Source: a virus (lineage: Duplodnaviria; Caudoviricetes). From it: a DNA stretch of 33,260 nucleotides. The position numbers and the translations under genes are program-made. The stretch spans positions 1 to 33,260 of IMG/VR virus record IMGVR_UViG_3300010222_000172. One strand, 5' to 3'. Positions 16,610 to 24,412 of this stretch are shown one piece after another. The notes under the pieces were generated by a model. That model was given only the letters and a program-made list of their open reading frames with translations. It was not told the DNA's origin and did not search any database. Numbering within the stretch: the stretch's first letter is position 1; the number at the start of each line of letters is the position of its first letter.

Positions 16610-18046
16610 TTAGGACAGCGCCTCGCCGAGGCCGTCCAGGCTGCTCTCCTTCGTCTCGCCGCCGTCATTCGACTGCTCGAGCTGCTGACTGCGGCCGCTC
16701 TGCTGGACGATGGTATCGAGGCGGTCCTCGACCTCGTCGACGCGCTCGGCCTTCTCGTTCAGCCGGGCGATAGCCTCGCCGACATCGGTCTCGCCGTCGA
16801 TTCCGAGAGCAGCCTTCGCAGCATCCTCTCGGACCTCGTAGGTTTCACCGTCGATCTCGATTTCGGCCGTCTTCGGCTCCGGGCCGGTGAGGCTCTCGGT
16901 GAGGTCCTCGACCGCCTGGGTCAGTTCGTTGATCTGTTCTGCGTTCTGCTCGGCGAGGGCCTTGTCGCCACCCTCGCCATCGGTGTCGCTCATATCTGTA
17001 GGCTTTGTGTCCGAGGTGTCGCCCTCGGGGGCGTGGTCGTCTTTCGAGTCGCCTGCCGCGTCGAGCTCCGCCGGGTCGATGTCGGCCTCCTGGACAACGG
17101 CGTCAGCAAGGTCACCGACTGCGACGTCGTACCGGTCCGCCAGCAACGTCAGCGGCTCCGACTCACCGTCGCTGGTCGGCGACGACCGACGGGGATCCTC
17201 GTCAGGCGTCTCCGCCTGATTGTCCAGGGCTTCGGACCGTGTCGCCGTGTAATCGTCATCGGACCCGGACGTCGAGCCGAGGGTCAGCGCGTCGAGGAAC
17301 GCTTTGCCGGCCTGCTGCAGCCGGGACTGCTTGCCCGGCTCGCCGGCGTCGTCCTCCCCGATTGCCTCATTGAGCAGGCCCCACAGCTGTTCGGCTTCGG
17401 CCTCGGAGTGCCCGCGACTCATCGCCTCCTCGATGAAGGCATCCGGGTTGCCGACGTGGTCGGACAGCCGCTTGCGGTAGTCCTTGGCCGCCTCGAGAAT
17501 CTCAGCGTCCGGGACTGCCGGGATGTCGACAGCGCTGACCTCGCGGATGATGCCGTCGGTCAGCTCCCAGACGAGTTCGTCGTCGGGGATTTCTGAGGTG
17601 TCGACATCGTCGACCTCGTCCTGCTCGTACGGGCCATCCCAGTCGACCTGGATGGCGCCGATAGAGTAGCCGGATAGGACTTCGTCCTGGATGAGCGCCC
17701 AGAGGTCCTCGTGGTTGATACTCCAACCCTGGACCCACACCCCGGCGTCGACGGTTCGGCCGCCGAGGTCTTCGGCCTCGTCGAGGACCTCGTTGCGCTC
17801 GAGATCCATCCAGCCGTCAGGCCAGACGGCGTGCATGATGCCACCGCCGGCCTGCCCGGCCTCGGCGAAGGTTTCGAACTGGTCGGTGAACGACCGGATG
17901 GTCTCTTCCCGGGCGAAGTCGTTCTGCAGGTCCGCCTTGTCTGGGACCATCACGACGCCGTAGGCGACGCGCTCGTCCTGGTCCTTGGCGACGAACTCGA
18001 CGTCCTTGCGGAGCGCCGAGCCTCCAGCCTTCGTTACGGGCGGCAT
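16610..18046 (-). CDS. XkdF-like prohead serine protease fused to an acidic scaffold
   Basis: RVAYGVVMVPDKADLQND, MH, GYSIG and EVSAVDIPA motifs; long acidic and coiled-coil C-terminus. Confidence 0.85.
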   Translation of the reverse strand: MPPVTKAGGSALRKDVEFVAKDQDERVAYGVVMVPDKADLQNDFAREETIRSFTDQFETFAEAGQAGGGIMHAVWPDGWMDLERNEVLDEAEDLGGRTVDAGVWVQGWSINHEDLWALIQDEVLSGYSIGAIQVDWDGPYEQDEVDDVDTSEIPDDELVWELTDGIIREVSAVDIPAVPDAEILEAAKDYRKRLSDHVGNPDAFIEEAMSRGHSEAEAEQLWGLLNEAIGEDDAGEPGKQSRLQQAGKAFLDALTLGSTSGSDDDYTATRSEALDNQAETPDEDPRRSSPTSDGESEPLTLLADRYDVAVGDLADAVVQEADIDPAELDAAGDSKDDHAPEGDTSDTKPTDMSDTDGEGGDKALAEQNAEQINELTQAVEDLTESLTGPEPKTAEIEIDGETYEVREDAAKAALGIDGETDVGEAIARLNEKAERVDEVEDRLDTIVQQSGRSQQLEQSNDGGETKESSLDGLGEALS

Positions 18047-18049
18047 CGC

Positions 18050-18187
18050 TCAGTCTCCCTCATCGTCATCGTCATCGTCATCGTCGTCGGCGTCAGCGTC
18101 AGCGTCCGTCGTTTTGTCAAGCTCCTTGGCTCGACCGGTTGAGAGGACGCCGCGCTTCTCGCCGCGCTCTGGGTTGTTGTCAGTCAT
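18050..18187 (-). CDS. 45-aa peptide with a poly-Asp tail
   Basis: MTDNNPERGEKRGVLSTGRAKELDKTTDADADADDDDDDDDDEGD; ends 3 nt before the protease ATG. Confidence 0.65.
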   Translation of the reverse strand: MTDNNPERGEKRGVLSTGRAKELDKTTDADADADDDDDDDDDEGD

Positions 18188-18268
18188 GTGGTCGAAAAGT
18201 CCAATCACCCGGTCGAACCTCTCCAGGGGAGCCGGGCGCTCCCTGGGTCATCGGCGCCGCACCGGCAG

Positions 18269-20242
18269 CTACATCGGAATGTCGTCCGGAACGTCGTCGG
18301 GGTCGGGAGTCGGCCCCTCCGGGAGCCGGTCGTGGAAGTTCGTGATTTCGACGTACGGATACTCGATGCGGATGTTGTCGTAGTGGTAGCCACCGTGGCT
18401 GCTGGCGCTGGTCAGCGCGGCCCACTCCGCTGGCGGGATGTCGACGTACGCGTACAGCGAGTTCGGACCGTCGGCCCGAATGAAGGAGAGGTACAACTCC
18501 TGCTCATCGAAATCGTACAGCCCTTCGTCGAGGTTGGAGCTAGAGAACTGCATCGTCTCGCTCTCCTTCTCAGCCAGCGCGGCCCGAGTGGCGTCCCACT
18601 CCCGCTCGCCGATCTTGTTCTCGGCAGGGGGCGTCTGAGCGTTGAGTGCCGCCTCTGACCCCTCTTCCTCGTCCTCGCCGTTGCCAGCCGCGAACTGGGC
18701 CTCGAACTCGGCCAGGGTCATGTCGCCGAGCGGCTCCCCGAGTGGATCGAGGCCGAGTTCTCCCCGGGCCTCGTCGACCGTCCCGACGCCGGCGAGCCGC
18801 ATCGCGCGGACGCGCTGCTCGGCCAGCTTAGCATCTTCCTTTGGCTGCTCGCCCCCGCGAAGCTCGTACTCGATTGTCCAGTCGGTGACGCCGAGCGCCT
18901 GCTGGTGGAGCACTTGGTAGAGCCTCTCGCCGAACTTGTGCTGCTCCGGAGCGATGATGTTGTTCGCGAAGTCCTGGACCTGCTCGGCTGAGTTCGACCG
19001 ATTCGACGTCTCGGTCACACCGATCAGGATGGGCGGCACCTCGTGGACCTTTGCAATCTCGTGCTCGTTTTTCGCACGGTACTCGCGGAAGTCCATCTCT
19101 TCACTAATACCCTGTCCCAGCGGGACCAGCTCGATTTCGACATCGCCGTCCTCGCCGAGCGCACCGTCGTTGATGAACTTCTCGACCTCAAGGACGACCG
19201 CCCGATGAGACTCCTCGCGCAGGTTGTCGAGCATCTGTTCCAGGTCCCGGCGCGACTCCGCCGAAAGCTCTCCGCCCGTGACCTTGATGACGAACCTCGG
19301 GATAGTGTCGTGCCGGAAGAAACTCCGGTTATAGTCCTTTGCCGCCTCGTCGCTGCTGATCGTCCGAATCGCAGAAACCCAGTCCGGGACACCGTAATCC
19401 TGCTCGAGCGGCGACGGGTTGCGAATGAAGATCAGCTCGTTTGCCGGGTCGTTAGGGAGCGACTCGGCACTCCCGCGGACGACGTCACCGGTCTCCTGAT
19501 CGACAAAAATCGGCTCGTGGTCGTTATCCTCGTCGTCGTTGTATGTGACCTCTGGCGGGTCGTCGCCATCCCCACTCGATATCGAAGGGGAGAGGCCCCG
19601 GTAGCGATCTCCAGCCTCGCCGAAGTACCGCCGCTGGCCGTCCCGTATCTGGACGTAACCGCGACTCGCGAACCGAGCGACGTCGGTGTCGACGAACCGC
19701 CCCTCCTCTGGATGCCGCGCCTCGTCGAACCGGCTCTGTGGCTTCCGGACCCGAAGGGAATTTGCAGGGACGTGCGCCAGCCCGACCGGTCGGCCTTCCA
19801 GGTCGGTGAGAATCTCCAGCGCTCCCCAGCCGATTTGGTGGTAGTCCTGCCGGGCCAGCTCCTTGACCTCTTCTGGGCTGGTCGGCTCTGCGGACTGGTG
19901 CGGGCCCGTTTGCCAGCAGGACTCGCGACCGCGCCAGAAATCTCGCGCAAGGGCCCGCTGGTCCTCATCAGCATCGTCCGGGTTGATGCCCCGATGCGGG
20001 ACCAGCTCGAAGCCGTACCCAACCTCCCAGCGCGCCTTCTTCCGTACGGCGGTCGAGTGTGTCTCGTTCAGCTCCAAGTAGGCTGCAAGCCGGTCGGGGT
20101 TGTACGGCGGTTGGACCCCGATGTTCAGCGACCGGATTCGCTGGTCCTGGAGCTGGGTGCTGGTTTCGACCTTCGATAGCGTCGAGCTGCCGCCGAGACC
20201 TTCGACACGAACTGTCGTCTTTTCGTCAGGGGTATCAGACAT
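18269..20242 (-). CDS. Portal protein with a C-terminal KTSC domain
   Basis: YGVPDW, FFRHDTIP, IAKVHEVPP and TVDEARGELGLDPL portal motifs. C-terminal SSNL..GLYD...ELYLSF...YAYVDIP...SHGGY matches KTSC. Confidence 0.9.
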   Translation of the reverse strand: MSDTPDEKTTVRVEGLGGSSTLSKVETSTQLQDQRIRSLNIGVQPPYNPDRLAAYLELNETHSTAVRKKARWEVGYGFELVPHRGINPDDADEDQRALARDFWRGRESCWQTGPHQSAEPTSPEEVKELARQDYHQIGWGALEILTDLEGRPVGLAHVPANSLRVRKPQSRFDEARHPEEGRFVDTDVARFASRGYVQIRDGQRRYFGEAGDRYRGLSPSISSGDGDDPPEVTYNDDEDNDHEPIFVDQETGDVVRGSAESLPNDPANELIFIRNPSPLEQDYGVPDWVSAIRTISSDEAAKDYNRSFFRHDTIPRFVIKVTGGELSAESRRDLEQMLDNLREESHRAVVLEVEKFINDGALGEDGDVEIELVPLGQGISEEMDFREYRAKNEHEIAKVHEVPPILIGVTETSNRSNSAEQVQDFANNIIAPEQHKFGERLYQVLHQQALGVTDWTIEYELRGGEQPKEDAKLAEQRVRAMRLAGVGTVDEARGELGLDPLGEPLGDMTLAEFEAQFAAGNGEDEEEGSEAALNAQTPPAENKIGEREWDATRAALAEKESETMQFSSSNLDEGLYDFDEQELYLSFIRADGPNSLYAYVDIPPAEWAALTSASSHGGYHYDNIRIEYPYVEITNFHDRLPEGPTPDPDDVPDDIPM

Positions 20243-20243
20243 A

Positions 20244-21816
20244 TTAGAGGTAACTCACTCCTGTCTCGTCTTGATCATCCGAATCGGACGCCGCCCCGAG
20301 GGCGTCGATATCCTCGAGGTGACGGATGCCCTGCTCGGCCATGTACCAGGCCGCGATCAGGTCCGGCGTATGCCCTCGGAGCCTCCCATCGCGGAGCTCG
20401 AGCGACAGCATCGCCTGGACGAAGTTCTCGGTCGCGTCGTGCCCGCGGTAGAACTGAATCGAGCCGTTCTCGACGAGCCGGCGGAGTCGAGGGATGCCGT
20501 TCTCCCAAGAGTGTTTTTGGCCGGTCGTCGAAATCCCGGTCACCTTCGCCCGCATCGAGGCCGAGAACTCGAGAGCGTCGTTGACCACGTACTGCTGCAT
20601 CCCGTTGTCCTCGATGACGATCACCGCCGGGTCGTAGCGTTCGTCGAGGTCGGCGAGCGTGGCCTTGACCCGCGACGGCGACATACCCTGCTGGCTGACG
20701 GCGTCGAGTAGCGTCCGCCGGCCGTCACGCTACGTGCAGCGCGACGAAGGCCGCGTCGTCGCCGGTCGGCGACTGTGCTGGGTCGTGGGCGACGACCGTC
20801 GCGCTGCCGGCGCCGGGCGTAATCTCTCGCGGCGGGCTCTCTCCACGGATGGAACACCCACCGTCCTCAACGAGCTCGGTGACGTCGCCGGCGTCGATGA
20901 GATTGCCCTCAGCGCCGCGGATGACCATACAGAACTCCCGCCAGAATAGGTGGCGGGACATCTGGTTGTACTTGTCCACGAGGTACTCTGGCCCCCGCGC
21001 CGACGGCCACAGGACGTGGACCGTGTCGTCGACGAGCGGGCGGCCGTCGACCTCAGTGTAGATCTCCTCGGGGGGCCGTCGCGCTGCCCAGGTGTTGTCA
21101 TCACCGAACTCGCGGTCCCATTCCTCGAGGACCGCAGGGTACTCAGTGAAGTCGTAGGCGTCGCGGTCGATTAGGTGCGAGTAGATGTCGTCGGGGCGCT
21201 TGCGCGTCCCGATGACGGCGGTTTTCCCGGAGTCCTTGACCATCGGGACGGTCGCGCCTTCAATCCAGGTGATGATATTCTCGGTCTCGCCGTCGCCGTG
21301 CTCCTTGATGACGTCGTCGAGGACCAGCAGGTGTGAGCGGTCGCCCTCGATGGCCCCGAAGAGCCACCCGGCGTGCAGCATCGACCCGTTCGGCCACTCC
21401 TTGGCCTCTTTCGTGTCCTGGACCGGGGCGGCATTCAGGTTCGTCAGCCACGGGTTCCGGTCGACCAGCTTCCAGAACTCGGTGTCAGCCTTCTTGTGCG
21501 CCTGTCCCTGGGTGTTCGTAACCCAGTGGGCCCGAAAGCCGCCGATGAACTCCAGGCAGGCGATGACGTAGCCGAGCGTGAACGTCGTCTTCAGCGAGTC
21601 GCGGTGGGCCAGGATGCCGACGTTGGCGTCCGATTCGAACCGGCCAATCCAGTCCAAGTGGACGTCGGCAATCGGCATCCAGGCGTCGCGCTCGCCCTCC
21701 ATGTACCCGTACGTGAGCTCGTTCAGGAACTCCGCCCACGGGCAGCCCTCGAAGGGGTTGAGCGCCGTCCGCTTGTCCTCGAGGGTCAGCTGGGAGACAT
21801 GGTCGGTCGCGCTCAT
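20244..21816 (-). pseudogene. terL: Terminase large subunit split by a frameshift near 20727-20731 (ATPase 20725-21816; rest of nuclease domain 20244-20729)
   Basis: Walker A-like AHRDSLKTT, Walker B LLVLDD, GTRK and nuclease AHDPA motifs. After LHV the reading continues in the +1 frame as RDGRRTLLDA...IEDNG...HTPDL. Confidence 0.85.
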
Positions 21817-22352
21817 ACATCATCCTCCCGACGCGACCGGAGCGCCTCCCGCAGCGCGACCTCCGTCTCGTCGTCCAGCCCCGCGTTCGTGTCGACGTCA
21901 GCGTCGACCTCGAGCTGGTCTGCGTTCGGGGCCAAGTTGAACGTATCCGCCAGCTGGCGGAACTCTCGGAGGGACCGGTCGTCGGCACTCCGCTTGTACT
22001 TCAGGAGGACCTCCGCTGCGAGCTCGCGGATCGCATCCAGCGTCTCGTCCGGATCCTCGAACGACGCCACGAGGTCCTCGAACGCCTCCTGCTCGGCCGG
22101 GGTCAGGTCCGACCGGAGATGGTTTGAGTATGCGCCGTGCTTGTAGTTCGGCGCGTCAGTCCCCCGGGGTGCTTTCCCGCCGTGGTGCGAGCACCGCCCC
22201 TCGCCAACGTGGTCGGTTCCCTTGCCGGCAGTTGCACTGCAGTACCCGACGAACGTTCCGTCCTCCGACCGGCGAGCGTTGCAGTCCTCGTCGGGTGGCC
22301 GTTTCGGGACATCGTCTGTAGGCTGGCCGACAAGCTCTTCTGATTTGGTCAT
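21813..22352 (-). CDS. terS: Terminase small subunit
   Basis: CNAR...C...GRCSHHGG...NYKHGAYS (HGG-type Zn finger plus KHG motif); directly upstream of TerL. Confidence 0.78.
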   Translation of the reverse strand: MTKSEELVGQPTDDVPKRPPDEDCNARRSEDGTFVGYCSATAGKGTDHVGEGRCSHHGGKAPRGTDAPNYKHGAYSNHLRSDLTPAEQEAFEDLVASFEDPDETLDAIRELAAEVLLKYKRSADDRSLREFRQLADTFNLAPNADQLEVDADVDTNAGLDDETEVALREALRSRREDDV

Positions 22353-22377
22353 AGGGGCTTCGTCACACCACCTAGGT

Positions 22378-22584
22378 TCATGGGGGTCCCGTCGACAGTC
22401 GACGCGGGCCGTACCGCTGCTCCGCCAGACCGTCGACGGCGCGGTCGTTCCCGTGATGCTCCATATGGCACCGCCGGTGGACATCCCGGAGGTTGTCGGG
22501 GTCATTGTCCCCACGCCGCTGGTTGTGATGGTGCTCTTCGGGCGTATCGTCGAGAGGGCCACCGCAGAACGAGCACCCAGTCAC
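22378..22584 (-). CDS. HNH endonuclease (HK97 gp74-like position)
   Basis: CSFCG...EEHHHN...DNDPDNL..VHRRCHMEHH; GTG start overlaps the upstream stop. Confidence 0.8.
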   Translation of the reverse strand: MTGCSFCGGPLDDTPEEHHHNQRRGDNDPDNLRDVHRRCHMEHHGNDRAVDGLAEQRYGPRRLSTGPP

Positions 22585-22757
22585 AGGAGGTTCCTCTCGC
22601 AGCACTCCCGGCAGAGCGTGACTGTCTCGCCGATTTCGAACTTGTGGACGAGTGGACTGTTCGACGTCTTCAGAAATGTCTCTCGAAACTCGCCCATGAA
22701 CGGCGGGGCGTGGTCGTATCGAGTGTCGCAGCAGTCGCAGCTGAATGTATAGCCCAT
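22581..22757 (-). CDS. Small Zn-binding protein (58 aa)
   Basis: CDCC...LCREC. Confidence 0.7.
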   Translation of the reverse strand: MGYTFSCDCCDTRYDHAPPFMGEFRETFLKTSNSPLVHKFEIGETVTLCRECCERNLL

Positions 22758-22759
22758 GG

Positions 22760-22858
22760 TTAATCCCTTGGAAGTCGCCGCCCGCACTTCGGGCAGTCCC
22801 GGCGGTCGTAGTCGGGGTAGTGCTCTGGGTCGTAGCCGCACCGAGAGCACTCACTCAT
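22760..22858 (-). CDS. 32-aa CPxCG zinc-finger microprotein
   Basis: MSECSRCGYDPEHYPDYDRRDCPKCGRRLPRD. Confidence 0.65.
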   Translation of the reverse strand: MSECSRCGYDPEHYPDYDRRDCPKCGRRLPRD

Positions 22859-23234
22859 TGTCGTCCGGCGAATCGTACGCGGCGGCGGTGCGGGCAATCG
22901 CCGAAAGGTACTGCCCCGGCGCCACCACAAGAATCGCGATGACCGTCGTCGCGAGCAGCAGGTAGACGATCCCCTGGGCGAGCGTCTCCAGCACGCCCGA
23001 CAGATCGATTGTTGCGACGACCGTGACATCGAACGACAGGAACCCGACGAACGCCGAGACAGCGAGCAGCGCGACGGACCCGCCGAAAACGGCGACCAGC
23101 CAGGCTTGGAAGAATAGCCGCTTCAGGCGCGAAATCTTTGAGTCGTCCGTCGATCCGAAGGCGTCGGCCGCCTCCTCGGCTGCGTTCTGTGCAGCGTCGG
23201 CCTCGACATCGTCGGGAGATGGTGCGTCACTCAT
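22851..23234 (-). CDS. Membrane protein (holin-like candidate)
   Basis: Two long hydrophobic stretches with acidic termini. Confidence 0.7.
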   Translation of the reverse strand: MSDAPSPDDVEADAAQNAAEEAADAFGSTDDSKISRLKRLFFQAWLVAVFGGSVALLAVSAFVGFLSFDVTVVATIDLSGVLETLAQGIVYLLLATTVIAILVVAPGQYLSAIARTAAAYDSPDDNE

Positions 23235-23505
23235 CGTCCTGCTGTTCGAGGTACTTGTCGACGTCCTCACGTACGGCGATATACTCGAGGACCTCGGGGC
23301 CCGCGAGGATCAGCGCGATGGCGAGGATGGTGAACGTCGGGTCACCACCTGCTTGCATGACTGTGAGTACGCCGAGACCCATTACCACCCACTTGATCGT
23401 CTTCCAGGTTGCCAGAGTCATTTTGAACCGTTGCTCCAGGGTCGATCCCAGCCGGACGTTGAACTCGACGACATCCGACGGGCAGTAGTGATAATTCGTG
23501 GACAT
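23227..23505 (-). CDS. Membrane protein (holin-like candidate)
   Basis: WKTIKWVVMGLGVLTV and FTILAIALILAGPE helices; charged C-terminus. Confidence 0.7.
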   Translation of the reverse strand: MSTNYHYCPSDVVEFNVRLGSTLEQRFKMTLATWKTIKWVVMGLGVLTVMQAGGDPTFTILAIALILAGPEVLEYIAVREDVDKYLEQQDDE

Positions 23506-23512
23506 GACATTA

Positions 23513-24040
23513 TCAGGCCTCGAGGGCGCGACCGACCGCGAGCTCAATCGAGACGTCGCCGGCGCCGTCGGCCCAGAGCTCGTCGGCGAGCGTCGCAGCG
23601 TCGACGGCGTCGTTGCGACGGCCATCGGCGACCAGCCGCTCCGACGCCAGCTTCAGGAACCACTCCCACGGCCCGGCCGACCGCTGCCCCCAGTCCGGGA
23701 GGTCGTGGTCGACGGCGCCGCACTCGCACTCGAGCCCCCAGTCGCCGCGTTCGACGGCGGCGGTCGGCGACTCGTACCCGACGAGGGCGTCGGCCGTGAC
23801 GGCGCCCAATCCGCGGAGTGCCTCGTCAGTCGGTCGCTCGACCCGCTTGCGCTGCCGGAAGCAGCTCCAGCAGAACCGGTGATCCTGCCGGATATCCCGG
23901 AGCAGCGCCCGCCCCTGGGCCCGGTCGGCGCACGCTCGTGAGCAGAACGACCCGTCGACGATTGACGTCCGAGTTGACTTGTTGTCGCACTCTTCGAGCG
24001 AGCACTCGTAGCGTTGCTGTTGGGTTATCTGAACTGACAT
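23513..24040 (-). CDS. Multi-Cys zinc-finger protein, possible late regulator
   Basis: CSLEEC, FCSRAC, HRFCWSC and CECG..DH. Confidence 0.7.
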   Translation of the reverse strand: MSVQITQQQRYECSLEECDNKSTRTSIVDGSFCSRACADRAQGRALLRDIRQDHRFCWSCFRQRKRVERPTDEALRGLGAVTADALVGYESPTAAVERGDWGLECECGAVDHDLPDWGQRSAGPWEWFLKLASERLVADGRRNDAVDAATLADELWADGAGDVSIELAVGRALEA

Positions 24041-24132
24041 AAGAGACGCAGCGCTGTTGGCCGACCGCCGCTGTCAACGACGAGCGGACGAACAGTGTTA
24101 TCCCAACTGAGGGGACGGGGGGTGAAAAGCGG

Positions 24133-24381
24133 TTAGTCGACCGCGAGGATTGCGACTGTTTGTCTGAGGTCCCCAGATTTCCGGGAGAGAGACAAAAGGT
24201 CGCAAGATTCGCAGCGACTTAGCGCTTCATCGAGTGTCCGCTCTGGGAGGCCAGTCTCCCCGAGGAGCTGCTGCCGAGAGAGCTCGGGACCGTGGTACGT
24301 GAGGGCCTGCAGAACGCACCGGCAACTCGGCGGGAGATCATCGGGCATCGACCCCAACCTATCGATAGAGCTGTCGCTCAT
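24133..24381 (-). CDS. Winged-helix DNA-binding protein
   Basis: DLPPS...VLQAL...LSRQQLLGETGLPERTLDEAL...DLRQ. Start uncertain (24381 or 24438). Confidence 0.75.
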   Translation of the reverse strand: MSDSSIDRLGSMPDDLPPSCRCVLQALTYHGPELSRQQLLGETGLPERTLDEALSRCESCDLLSLSRKSGDLRQTVAILAVD

Positions 24382-24412
24382 CGAGCAGGTGGTCACATCG
24401 TCGCCAGCGGGG

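Noticed and set aside
18058-18105. Tandem (TCATCG)n/(GTCAGC)n repeats as a CRISPR array or iterons
   Set aside because: They encode the poly-Asp/DA tail of the 45-aa ORF; there are no spacers.
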